Virus record (IMG/VR): IMGVR_UViG_2636415906_000004
DNA length: 14,821 nt
From: a virus
Taxonomy: Duplodnaviria; Heunggongvirae; Uroviricota; Caudoviricetes
Reading direction: 5' to 3' (one strand)
A program made the translations under genes and the position numbers. The notes below the pieces were generated by a model, which saw only the letters and a program-made list of their open reading frames with translations, had not been told where the DNA came from and searched no databases. This document shows, in pieces, positions 1 through 7,492 of the stretch; position 1 is the first letter of the stretch, and the number at the start of each line of letters is the position of its first letter.

Positions 1-852
1 GTGATTGCTTTACTACTGATTCCCATTCTTGTTAGCGGCTACATTTTAGTAGTCGCTAATTTATATCATTACTATCAATTGCATCGATACGATGGCCAAC
101 TTTTGTATATAAAAGTTGCAGCTCATGGAACAATGAGTGTTGTTTTTGTGATTTTAGCAGCAGTAGTAGTGAAATATTTCTTTCCTAATTTTCACCCAAT
201 AGGAATGCTTTCAGATATTCTTAATGTCAAGAAAATAATAAATGGTAATAAAGCTGAAACATGGCTTGCTTTGATTTCATTATCATCAATTATATTTTCT
301 TTAATTTGGGTGGCTTTAGTTTGGTTAAAAAATATGTTTTTTGGTTTCTTTTGTGAAAAGAAACATCATGAAAACATCTTTCATGCTAAGAAACTTAGAG
401 TATTAAGAAAAACAATTTCTAACTCAACTTTGGATAGTATGCTTTTAGATGCATTAGAAAGCAGTCCTAAAGAACCGATTCTAATAACCTTATCTTCACG
501 GAAAGTTTATGTTGGTATAGTTAATGGAATTCAAGAACCAACAGAAAGCGAAGCGCCAAATAGTTATATATCAATTTTCCCTATTATGTCAGGCTATAGA
601 GATAAAGATACTCTTTCCATCACCTTTACGAATTCATATCCATCAGAAGTACTAGTGAGTTCAGCTATTACAATGGACTCCCAAAAAAGGCATAAAGTGA
701 AAAATATGGATATAATATTTCGTGCTGATGAAATTTCTCATCTTTCATGGTTCGATTTTGAACTATTTGAACAAGTCAATGATTCGATGAAGCACGATAC
801 CATTGACTTGCGAAGTGAGACTTACTCAGGGGAAACTAGCGAAAATTTTTAG
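1..852 (+). CDS. hypothetical AT-rich membrane protein (3 predicted N-terminal TM helices, ~170-aa C-terminal soluble domain); 5' end may lie upstream of the window
   Basis: Frame is open from the window edge (first codon GTG) to TAG at 850-852. Hydrophobic segments IALLLIPILVSGYILVVANL, MSVVFVILAAVVV and WLALISLSSIIFSLIWVALVWL. About 30-38% GC in sampled lines. Converges on the int 3' end with a 17-nt overlap. No family recognised. Confidence 0.5.
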   Translation: MIALLLIPILVSGYILVVANLYHYYQLHRYDGQLLYIKVAAHGTMSVVFVILAAVVVKYFFPNFHPIGMLSDILNVKKIINGNKAETWLALISLSSIIFSLIWVALVWLKNMFFGFFCEKKHHENIFHAKKLRVLRKTISNSTLDSMLLDALESSPKEPILITLSSRKVYVGIVNGIQEPTESEAPNSYISIFPIMSGYRDKDTLSITFTNSYPSEVLVSSAITMDSQKRHKVKNMDIIFRADEISHLSWFDFELFEQVNDSMKHDTIDLRSETYSGETSENF

Positions 853-2044
853 TAATTTCAGGTTTCGCTAAAATTTCAGCATGAGGTACACACACCCAAT
901 CGATATGATTTTTAGTATAAATTTTTGTAGATTTGGCGTCGCTGTGTGCCATGCGGCCTTGCGGATCTATTCCCTGCTGATCGAAAAGGTGTGCCGCCAG
1001 CGCACGGATTTCGTGGAAGGTTGGTCTTTCTTCCATGGGTACATTGTCAAATAGTCTCAACCGATCACGAATTGCGGAAAACGATCTACTTAAATAATCT
1101 GGGGCAACTTGTGTCGGATGTGAAACCTCTTTGCTTCGTTTAACTTGGCGTTCTGGGATCCTGTGAACGACAAACGGACTTGCCACATTATCTCTGCTAT
1201 CGTCAATTATCCGTTTCAACTCTTCACCAATCGGTATTGCAACGTGTGATGCCTCTTTTTTTTGTACTTTCTGCCTATGGATATATAGTGTCCCATAAAT
1301 ACCGTTTTTTGGCTGTTCTAACCATACGCACCCGCAGATGCCGTCTTTAGGTTCGCGAATTGAGTAACGGATTCGCGATACTTCGAGTCGTGCATGTGTA
1401 GTTTGCAATGCTAGATCCATTGCTGTTCTTAACCATGGTGCAGCGGCCTGCCTGATAGCTATAAAATGCTCGAGTGACAGGCGCCGTCTTTTCTTCTCAT
1501 CAGTCCTACGCATTTTTTTTCTGATGGCCGGGTTATCCAGCATTAGTGATTCATCGACCGCATAAGAGAACAACTTTTTAAGAAAGCTGACCTTTCTGTT
1601 CTGCACATTTGCGGATGCGCTGGCATGATATTTGTTGATGTAGGTATTAACGTGTTCAAGTTCGATATCGCATGCCGGAACATTTACGAAAAACGCTTTT
1701 ACGCGTAGAGCGTCATTTTTCCAGTCATCTAAGGTACTCTGGGAAGGACGTTCGTCTTCGATAATCCGGGTCATTATGTGATCAACATGTTCAGCAAATG
1801 GTTTTGCTTCTCCGATAACACCGCCAGATTCTCTAATAAGATTTTCTACTGATGGAGATAATTCTGGTCTCATCCTCAGGTTGTACTCTCTGGCGATTGC
1901 AATAGCTATTGCCCTATCCTTACCTATATTTTTCTTCTTTCCGGTAATAAGTGTGAATTTATAAACACCTCGATCTTTATCAAAAATCAGATAATCAGGA
2001 AGATGTCTGTATTCTTTTTTACGTGGCCTTGCCGCCATGGTCAC
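836..2044 (-). CDS. int: tyrosine-type site-specific recombinase (phage integrase)
   Basis: 402-aa ORF; C-terminal catalytic region HEIRALAAHLF...RMAHSDAKSTKIYTKNH fits the R..H..R..Y integrase pattern. Immediately preceded by, and overlapping (GTGA), an excisionase-like gene. First codon is GTG; an ATG lies two codons in. Confidence 0.85.
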   Translation of the reverse strand: MTMAARPRKKEYRHLPDYLIFDKDRGVYKFTLITGKKKNIGKDRAIAIAIAREYNLRMRPELSPSVENLIRESGGVIGEAKPFAEHVDHIMTRIIEDERPSQSTLDDWKNDALRVKAFFVNVPACDIELEHVNTYINKYHASASANVQNRKVSFLKKLFSYAVDESLMLDNPAIRKKMRRTDEKKRRRLSLEHFIAIRQAAAPWLRTAMDLALQTTHARLEVSRIRYSIREPKDGICGCVWLEQPKNGIYGTLYIHRQKVQKKEASHVAIPIGEELKRIIDDSRDNVASPFVVHRIPERQVKRSKEVSHPTQVAPDYLSRSFSAIRDRLRLFDNVPMEERPTFHEIRALAAHLFDQQGIDPQGRMAHSDAKSTKIYTKNHIDWVCVPHAEILAKPEITKNFR

Positions 2045-2250
2045 CCCTCGTTTATTAACTTGCGAACAGCTTGACTAACCATTGAGTCGACTCCCCATTT
2101 TTCTGTTTCGCAGACAAAAACAGAACCGTCCACGATGCGTCCCATGAGTAGACCGTTCTCGACCCAACGTTTTATCGTTCGGTTGTCAGGAATTGAGCCA
2201 TTAGAGAATTCACGGCGTCCCCATTGGCTCGCTTTCATTAGTTTTGCCAT
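2041..2250 (-). CDS. xis: excisionase (Xis-like winged-helix DNA-binding protein)
   Basis: Small ORF directly upstream of int with 4-nt overlap. Segment NRTIKRWVENGLLMGRIVDGSVFV parallels lambda Xis SLETVRRWVRECRIFPPPVKDGREYLF as I recall it. Start taken at the ATG (MAKLMK...) with GGAG upstream; the track ORF extends to a TTG at 2295. Confidence 0.7.
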   Translation of the reverse strand: MAKLMKASQWGRREFSNGSIPDNRTIKRWVENGLLMGRIVDGSVFVCETEKWGVDSMVSQAVRKLINEG

Positions 2251-2311
2251 GGCTGTTTCTCCACTTAGCCCGCTGCACTCGGGCAGTAATATCAAATTCC
2301 AGTCCTGATAA

Positions 2312-2470
2312 TTAATTTTGTTCTCTGGTTGCTACCTGTTTTATTGGCCTGATGCTGTCCAGGATAAGACGGCGACGCATGTTTGGCGCACCCCAACGGT
2401 AACCAGTCTTTTTGTCGTAGGATTCACAACGTCCGGCAACCCAGGACGTTTCAGTGGAATGTAATTTCAT
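2312..2470 (-). CDS. small hypothetical protein (52 aa) between the yfdS-like gene and xis
   Basis: ATG at 2470 and TAA at 2312-2314, hand-translated as MKLHSTETSWVAGRCESYDKKTGYRWGAPNMRRRLILDSIRPIKQVATREQN. Same strand as the operon. Below the 60-aa cutoff of the ORF track. Confidence 0.3.
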   Translation of the reverse strand: MKLHSTETSWVAGRCESYDKKTGYRWGAPNMRRRLILDSIRPIKQVATREQN

Positions 2471-2525
2471 CCGCTTTTCACCGTCTCGGGTGAGATAACA
2501 ATTCCTGTATGAGTTTTTATCACGC

Positions 2526-2888
2526 TCATTTCTTAGTCTCCGGTGCTTTCGGCATTACTGCCCAGTGAGTGATATTGACGTTTTCAAGGTCCCCGACCTG
2601 AAATGTCCACTGCCATTCTCCGGTTTCTTTTTGCCCCCATGTGTACCAGAGAGAACGCCAGCCAATCAGCCAGCCTTCTCCACTAGCATCAAATAACAGA
2701 ACACTTTCATTTGCTGGTGGCAGTTCAGCTGACACTGGTATTATTTTGTTTTCCAGTGCCGCACATTTAGCTTCAAGCGCGTTGAATTTACGTACCAGGT
2801 ACTCAGCATTTGTTTCGTTCACTTTCAGATCTCGCGGTACACATCTCCCACGAAGAAACCCTTCCATTTCGAAAACATTCATGCGCAT
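2526..2888 (-). CDS. yfdS: prophage early-operon protein, YfdS-like (120 aa), function unknown
   Basis: 120-aa ORF matching the size and cluster position of K-12 CPS-53 YfdS (from memory). Its codon-3 ATG overlaps the upstream gene's stop (ATGA). Confidence 0.55.
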   Translation of the reverse strand: MRMNVFEMEGFLRGRCVPRDLKVNETNAEYLVRKFNALEAKCAALENKIIPVSAELPPANESVLLFDASGEGWLIGWRSLWYTWGQKETGEWQWTFQVGDLENVNITHWAVMPKAPETKK

Positions 2889-3415
2889 TTGCGTAACTCC
2901 GATAACTCGTTAAAGCGTTCCATAAACATCCCGTAGGCATGGCCCGGTGCCAGTGGAATCACGTTGAACATCTCTGTTGCCGGGATACCTTCCAGTACAG
3001 GCCAGAAAGAGCCATCATCAAGCCCGAGATCGCGGCGTTCGGTTGCCAGCATGATGAGATCGGCATATTTCACGGGCGTACTCATAACTGGGGGTAACCC
3101 GTATTTCTCACGGATTACGGCGTCTATTTTTTCTTCCATTTGTTTATAGTCAGGAAGAAGGCGTTTCAGTGGTGCGGGAATGTCCTGGCAATACGCTTCT
3201 GTTGCATCATGCATTAACGCTTCAAAAGCAAATTCCTGCGGCACCAGCTGGCTGCAAAGAACCGCATGTTGGGCGACGCTGTAGAAGTGCGAAAGATGAC
3301 CGGCAAAGCGACAGATATTTGAAAGGGAAACCGCGATATCGTTAATATCGATGTCGTCTTTATTTATCCTGTCATAATAAAAATGCTTCCCGGAAAAAGT
3401 TTTAATAAATGACAT
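2879..3415 (-). CDS. yfdR: HD-domain phosphohydrolase (YfdR-like, 178 aa)
   Basis: HD-superfamily motif pattern: H in VAQHAV plus HD in ALMHDATEAY. ATG at 3415 has GGAG 6 nt upstream and gives 178 aa, the size I recall for K-12 YfdR. The track ORF extends to a GTG at 3442. Confidence 0.7.
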   Translation of the reverse strand: MSFIKTFSGKHFYYDRINKDDIDINDIAVSLSNICRFAGHLSHFYSVAQHAVLCSQLVPQEFAFEALMHDATEAYCQDIPAPLKRLLPDYKQMEEKIDAVIREKYGLPPVMSTPVKYADLIMLATERRDLGLDDGSFWPVLEGIPATEMFNVIPLAPGHAYGMFMERFNELSELRKCA

Positions 3416-3508
3416 TTTGTTCTCCACGTATATGCGCTGCACCGCGCTGAATTCTGGTAAAAAGAATCCCTCACCATCCTGCGATTATTGAGTAAATTAC
3501 GTTTCCAT

Positions 3509-3530
3509 AAATGCCCCCGCAGGGGCATTT
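3509..3530 (-). terminator. GC-rich hairpin (aaatgcccc-cgca-ggggcattt) downstream of the yfdQ-like gene; weak terminator candidate
   Basis: 9-bp perfect stem seen directly in the sequence. No clear U-tract on either strand, so function is uncertain. Confidence 0.2.
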
Positions 3531-3542
3531 GCAGTAATGAAA

Positions 3543-4367
3543 TCAGGCGGTGAAAGTACCAATAAAGGTTTCTACTTTGCTGTCCTTGAATTTCTCAACA
3601 AGCAGATCACGAAATTCGTTAGCCATTTCTTCCTGCACCGCCTCCAGCTGAATAATGCGCAGAACCAGTACAGGACGATCGCCAGTGATAATGCTGAGGC
3701 GTAATTTAAACGGACGTTCTTTCAGACCTTCAAACGGAACGCATTTAAATTCAAATGCCACTGGCATAATGTCTTTGGTCTTCGCTTCGACAGACTCCAT
3801 CAGGGAGCGTTTGCCGCTGAAGTCATTATCTTCAAAATCAGCGGTCTGGTTTGCTTCAATCGTGATTTTACGGACAGCCGCAGCCGCTTTTGTTGCCTGA
3901 ATGGCGTCACCATTAGCATCAAAGCCCACAAGGTAGTCGGCCCAGTCTTCAATCCATTCTGCCAGTGACTTCTGGGAGTTACGCTCGCCGTTAACAGACA
4001 ACAGAGCAGAGAACGGTGCTGTCTTTTTCAGTTTGAGAGTGGCGGTGTTATCTGCGTGACCTGGTTCATCAATAGTACCCAGGTTAAGCACACTGACGGC
4101 ACGCATATTATCGGCATCGATAAAGCAGCGGGTGCCTTCATCTGCAAGAACTTTAGAATAACGGGTAAAGTCATCGATGCTGGCAGTGGAAAGCGCACCA
4201 CGGAAACGGAAGCGATTTAAATTAAATTTTTCCAGATCATGAATGCGGAAATTCTCAGGCAATGCCACAGCATCGGCACCAATCTTACTGATAATTTCAT
4301 TAACACCCTGAGCAGAAATAAGGGCATGGATTTGATTAATTGCGGTTGCGTCTAAGTTCTGAGACAT
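3543..4367 (-). CDS. yfdQ: YfdQ-like prophage protein (274 aa), function unknown
   Basis: 274-aa ORF with ATG start and GAGGA SD 6 nt upstream. Size and neighbourhood match K-12 YfdQ (recollection). Confidence 0.65.
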   Translation of the reverse strand: MSQNLDATAINQIHALISAQGVNEIISKIGADAVALPENFRIHDLEKFNLNRFRFRGALSTASIDDFTRYSKVLADEGTRCFIDADNMRAVSVLNLGTIDEPGHADNTATLKLKKTAPFSALLSVNGERNSQKSLAEWIEDWADYLVGFDANGDAIQATKAAAAVRKITIEANQTADFEDNDFSGKRSLMESVEAKTKDIMPVAFEFKCVPFEGLKERPFKLRLSIITGDRPVLVLRIIQLEAVQEEMANEFRDLLVEKFKDSKVETFIGTFTA

Positions 4368-4432
4368 AATAAGTCCTCACTATATAAAGATATTCAGTGA
4401 TGAGATAAATAATCAGTTTATTACGAACGATA

Positions 4433-4795
4433 TTAACGACCTGCTGCGCGGAGTTTTCCGTCAGGTTCACCGGCAAGAGTCAGTAATTGTCCCTGGTCTT
4501 CCTGCAGAATAGTCAGGCGACCACCGCGATTGACATACATCGGCGTTTCGGTGGTGTCTTCTTCGGAAATTTTCCCGCGGTTAGTCGGGCGAACATATGA
4601 GAGTTTGTGTTTGATTTTCACACGGTTCTCATCAAACGGTTCGATTTCCAGATTGAGTGAGACCTTCCCTTTGGTTTTCGTGTTCATCACACCGGAAGCG
4701 ACTTCACTGAGAACTGCGCCGATTTTGGTTTCAAATACGCCGCCGTCCAGCTCCCCGATAAATGCCTGCACATCAGTACTGCGTTCGCTAGCCAT
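4433..4795 (-). CDS. yfdP: YfdP-like prophage protein (120 aa), function unknown
   Basis: Start placed at the ATG of MASERSTDVQ..., which has a GAGGAG SD 7 nt upstream. The 106-codon N-terminal extension in the track ORF (to 5113) is R/C/P-rich and not protein-like. Confidence 0.6.
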   Translation of the reverse strand: MASERSTDVQAFIGELDGGVFETKIGAVLSEVASGVMNTKTKGKVSLNLEIEPFDENRVKIKHKLSYVRPTNRGKISEEDTTETPMYVNRGGRLTILQEDQGQLLTLAGEPDGKLRAAGR

Positions 4796-4843
4796 TTTGC
4801 TGCTCCTCATCATATCGACCCTGCAAGGCCGATTAGTTTCTCC

Positions 4844-4932
4844 ACAAAACAGAGAAGAACACCTGCGGTGGCAGCCGCCCGGATGGATTGGGTTATGAGC
4901 CCGTCGTCCGGTGATGCTCTTCTCTGTTTTGT
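4844..4932. repeat. 15-bp perfect inverted repeat (acaaaacagagaaga / tcttctctgttttgt) enclosing a 59-nt GC-rich spacer with internal stems
   Basis: Arms at 4844-4858 and 4918-4932 are exact reverse complements. The spacer contains ccgga/tccgg and gcgg/ccgc stems. Lies in a non-coding stretch. Confidence 0.55.
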
Positions 4933-4939
4933 AAAAAGA

Positions 4940-4978
4940 GCGGTACCAGCCGGAAGCAAGGGTACAAACTGGTACCGC
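4940..4978. repeat. 10-bp perfect inverted repeat (gcggtaccag / ctggtaccgc) with 19-nt loop
   Basis: Exact reverse-complement arms at 4940-4949 and 4969-4978, each containing a GGTACC palindrome. Followed by a nested gccagg...cctggc stem (4977-5031) around a ccggg-tgcct-cccgg hairpin. Confidence 0.5.
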
Positions 4979-5298
4979 CAGGACTACACACAGCATAAAG
5001 TTGTGGTGCCGGGTGCCTCCCGGTGCCTGGCGAAGGTTGCACACCAGACGGGTGGGTATCCACAGAAGGTCGACTGTCAGCCTCAACCTTAACCCGCGTG
5101 CGCTGAGCCGCATTCACCACAACGCTAAGGATTCTCTCTGGTTGAAAATACTTAGCTGTTATGTGCCTGCTTTTAGCCACATCAGGCGAGGTGGACCTGG
5201 TTATTCCCCAACAACAAGGAGCGGTGCTTACGGAAAAGCAGCAAGCGCGCTGCATCGGGTGAAGAGTGGTATCTGTCAGGGAATTACGTGGGGGCTTA

Positions 5299-5679
5299 AT
5301 GAGTAATAAATATTGCCAGGCGCTGGTGGAACTGCGGAACAAACCAGCCCATGAACTGAAGGAAGTGGGCGATCAGTGGCGCACGCCGGATAACATTTTC
5401 TGGGGAATTAACACCCTGTTTGGCCCGTTTGTTCTGGATCTGTTCACTGACGGTGATAACGCCAAATGTGCTGCGTATTACACGGCGGAAGACAACGCGC
5501 TGGCGCATGACTGGTCAGAACGTCTTGCGGAGCTTGAAGGTGCTGCCTTTGGTAATCCCCCATACAGCCGCGCCAGTCAGCATGAGGGGCAATACATCAC
5601 CGGCATGCGTTACATCATGAAACATGCCAGTGCCATGCGTGATAAGGGTGAAGGAACTATGTCAGCATTGCCATGGTAA
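5299..5679 (+). CDS. phage N6-adenine DNA methyltransferase, N-terminal fragment (probable truncated pseudogene)
   Basis: NPPY catalytic motif (AFGNPPYSRASQ) typical of amino-methyltransferases. The ORF stops 24 codons after the motif while a different frame continues into the Q-like sequence. Confidence 0.55.
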   Translation: MSNKYCQALVELRNKPAHELKEVGDQWRTPDNIFWGINTLFGPFVLDLFTDGDNAKCAAYYTAEDNALAHDWSERLAELEGAAFGNPPYSRASQHEGQYITGMRYIMKHASAMRDKGEGTMSALPW

Positions 5680-5971
5680 GGGAGAAGTCAGCACCGCGTG
5701 CAGAGGGTGTAAGGGTAAAGGTATTGTCCTGGATGAAAAAAGAACCCGGCTTCATGGCACGCCTGTTTATAAGATTTGTGGGCGTTGCAGTGGAAACCGG
5801 TTTAGCCGTTTACCAACCACACTGGCGCGGCTTCATGTCCAGAAGCTGGTACCAGACCTGACGGATTATCAGTGGTACAAAGGATATGCAGATGTCATTG
5901 ATAAACTGGTTACAAAGTGCTGGCAGGAGGAAGCTTACGCTGAAGCACAATTGAGAAGGGTGACGAGATAA
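5624..5971 (+). CDS. lambda-type Q antiterminator, C-terminal zinc-binding half only (N-terminally truncated, probable pseudogene)
   Basis: CQHCHGKG...CRGCKGKG...ICGRCSGNRFSRLP...LVPDLTD...KCWQEE...VTR aligns in pattern with the lambda Q C-terminus (CRDCHGTG...ECGRCKGVGYSRMP...LIPNLTQ...QCHKEE...AVTR) as I recall it. The ~100 N-terminal residues are absent. Confidence 0.6.
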   Translation: MPVPCVIRVKELCQHCHGKGEVSTACRGCKGKGIVLDEKRTRLHGTPVYKICGRCSGNRFSRLPTTLARLHVQKLVPDLTDYQWYKGYADVIDKLVTKCWQEEAYAEAQLRRVTR

Positions 5972-6003
5972 GCGATTTTCGCCGAAGATAACGACATAAT
6001 ACT

Positions 6004-6032
6004 TGTATTTCTCAAAAAATATGGATAAGATT
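6004..6032 (+). promoter_or_regulatory. candidate pR'-like sigma70 promoter (TTGTAT - 17 nt - TAAGAT) just downstream of Q
   Basis: Hexamers and spacing seen by eye. Position relative to Q and to the downstream terminator matches the lambdoid pR'/tR' layout. Confidence 0.25.
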
Positions 6033-6079
6033 TTCTCAACGATGGGGCTTGTGTATCTATCGTTGAACAATTTTTACGA

Positions 6080-6103
6080 CCTCGCTATTGCGAGGTTTTT
6101 TTA
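6080..6103 (+). terminator. rho-independent terminator (cctcgc-tatt-gcgagg followed by a T-run), tR'-like
   Basis: 6-bp perfect GC-rich stem, 4-nt loop, then a T-run of about 8, read directly from the sequence. Confidence 0.6.
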
Positions 6104-6139
6104 TGGTTTTTTTCTATTCAATCTACATCAAAATCAATG

Positions 6140-6148
6140 TGTTATAAT
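6140..6148 (+). promoter_or_regulatory. extended -10 promoter element TGtTATAAT upstream of the moron genes
   Basis: Perfect TGnTATAAT located 38 nt upstream of the ATG at 6186. Confidence 0.45.
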
Positions 6149-6185
6149 GTTTTCTGTAAAACAACATTAAAAACAGGAGAACATT

Positions 6186-6455
6186 ATGAAACTGACCTCT
6201 ATCCATCTTGAAATACTACGTCGAGTGAATGAATTGCAGCCAAAGGATTCTAGAATTCAGGCTGCATCATTACCTCATCTCTCAGCAAAAGAGGTTAACT
6301 TTGCTATTTCAGATCTTGCTGATATAGGTTTTATCGATGTTATACGAAGCAAATCTGCCGAAGGTGGATTGATTGCTAATGAGATAACGTCAAAAGGTTT
6401 TGCTTTTTTGAGTGAGATTGGCGCTGAAAAAAATTCATCGATGAGCACTCATTGA
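6186..6455 (+). CDS. hypothetical small protein (89 aa), first gene of the AT-rich moron
   Basis: ATG preceded by AGGAG at 8-nt spacing. AT-rich. No TM segment. No family recognised; a winged-helix fold is only a guess. Confidence 0.6.
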   Translation: MKLTSIHLEILRRVNELQPKDSRIQAASLPHLSAKEVNFAISDLADIGFIDVIRSKSAEGGLIANEITSKGFAFLSEIGAEKNSSMSTH

Positions 6456-6469
6456 TTTCTGCTTCAATC

Positions 6470-6487
6470 GGCTGCCAATTGGCAGCC
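6470..6487. repeat. 18-bp perfect palindrome ggctgcc-aatt-ggcagcc after the 89-aa gene (hairpin or dimer-binding site)
   Basis: Exact palindrome 15 nt after the stop codon. No U-tract follows. Near-identical to the hairpin at 7493-7510. Confidence 0.45.
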
Positions 6488-6520
6488 TAAACTGTAAAGT
6501 GAATTTAAAATCGCCTACAA

Positions 6521-6548
6521 TTGATGCTTAAATTTTGTTCTGTATCAT
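6521..6548 (+). promoter_or_regulatory. candidate sigma70 promoter (TTGATG - 16 nt - TATCAT) for the 268-aa gene
   Basis: Hexamers read by eye in the 165-bp AT-rich spacer between the two moron genes. Confidence 0.3.
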
Positions 6549-6652
6549 CTGCAGGTTTAGGGATATCACAGTAGCTTTCTGACAAGAAGAGTTCTTTTCT
6601 TCTACCAATGAAGTGGTTATGTTAACCTGCGCTAAATCGAGACTGGTGCGGA

Positions 6653-7459
6653 GTGGAATCGAAAGTGTCATATTTTTACAGAAGCAAGAATATTTCAGGT
6701 GTTTCTATAAATGAAGATAGCTTGATTAGCTTAAGCACGGCAATTGTCGAACGCTGCGTTAAAATGAATGAGCAAGCTCAAAAGGAAAGTAGGGAAGTTT
6801 GTGCTCAATGTGTTTTTTTTATTTTGTTCGATGGTAAGGGGTATAAAGTTGATTCTATCGGTGAGCTTGTGAAATACTTTAGACAGGCCACTAGGATTGA
6901 TCAAATAAATTTTACTATTGAAACTTATCAAAGTCGACAGTCTAACAGGATGAATGGATCTTGGATGGAGCTACGAATTGATGAGAGGAATTCAAATAGC
7001 AGCACAATGATTGTAGCATCGGAAGATAATGAGTGGGTTGACTCGTTATGGATTACGATTCAGGATTTACTTAACAAGTGCAAAAATAAATTTAGATTTT
7101 TTAGAACAGCTTGGACTATGTTAAGTATCCAGATTTCAGGTGTGACAGTTGGCTTTTTGCTTAGCTTATGGACAGCCTCAAAACTGGCGCCAAAACTATC
7201 AATCGATGGTGCATTTGCTTTATCATTTATTTGTATCTTTATTTTGTTTTCGAACTTATGGAGCTTTGCTATTCCATTAATAATTAAGCTTATCGACTTT
7301 TTGTTTCCTAGTGTTAAGTTTGTTATTAATGGTAAAAATTACTTTCACTGGAGTGTCCAGGCTATAATTGGAGCGATTGCCAGTGCGGTTATATTGTATT
7401 TTATTAGCTCCATGTTGCTTTTTGCATTAGAAATGTTAAATAGCATCATTAAGAAATAG
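6653..7459 (+). CDS. hypothetical membrane protein (268 aa): ~150-aa N-terminal soluble domain plus 3 C-terminal TM helices; second gene of the AT-rich moron
   Basis: Hydrophobic segments TMLSIQISGVTVGFLLSLWTA, GAFALSFICIFILFSNLWSFAIPLII and AIIGAIASAVILYFISSMLLFALEML. About 25% GC in sampled lines. Start is GTG at 6653 with poor SD spacing, so the true start is uncertain. No family recognised. Confidence 0.6.
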   Translation: MESKVSYFYRSKNISGVSINEDSLISLSTAIVERCVKMNEQAQKESREVCAQCVFFILFDGKGYKVDSIGELVKYFRQATRIDQINFTIETYQSRQSNRMNGSWMELRIDERNSNSSTMIVASEDNEWVDSLWITIQDLLNKCKNKFRFFRTAWTMLSIQISGVTVGFLLSLWTASKLAPKLSIDGAFALSFICIFILFSNLWSFAIPLIIKLIDFLFPSVKFVINGKNYFHWSVQAIIGAIASAVILYFISSMLLFALEMLNSIIKK

Positions 7460-7492
7460 TTAATGAATTAGTTATAATTACATCAATTCTAT

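Noticed and set aside
749-759. tRNA-like ggttcgatttt motif
   Set aside because: It does not complete the GGTTCGAnTCC T-loop consensus, has no acceptor or anticodon arms around it, and lies inside a coding frame.
946-1143. Antisense and embedded ORFs inside confident genes (946-1143, 2641-2913, 2964-3149, 3655-3900, 4530-4898, 8231-8593, 8714-8965, 9162-9344, 10308-10538, 10417-10728, 10653-10838, 12137-12334, 12517-12699, 13207-13455, 14022-14453, 14132-14425, 14486-14686, 14529-14756)
   Set aside because: Each lies wholly within a longer, motif-supported gene on the other strand or frame. Translations are low-complexity and lack SD sequences.
2471-2529. 20-codon ORF starting at the ATG that overlaps the yfdS-like stop
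   Set aside because: Too short to support without conservation data; it may be a coupling artefact.
4796-5113. N-terminal 106-codon extension of the yfdP-like ORF in the track (4433-5113)
   Set aside because: The extension is Arg/Cys/Pro-rich and not protein-like, and a canonical ATG with a GAGGAG SD lies at 4795. The region is treated as non-coding.
5180-5270. Resemblance of attccccaacaacaaggagcggtgcttacgg to the ERIC/IRU repeat core
   Set aside because: Only short shared words (tcccca, ggagc, gcttac) against a consensus recalled from memory. Kept as a possibility under the GC-rich region finding rather than a call.
4868-5342. Track ORFs 4868-5092 (+), 4893-5342 (-) and 5001-5306 (+)
   Set aside because: Low-complexity R/S/P/C-rich translations in a GC-rich stretch with strong inverted repeats. 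They overlap one another and have no SD.
5296-6070. Short ORFs 5296-5508 (-), 5420-5620 (+), 5673-5861 (+), 5810-6070 (-) and a 49-codon ORF in the pR' region
   Set aside because: They overlap the methyltransferase and Q fragments or the promoter/terminator region, and have no motif or SD support.
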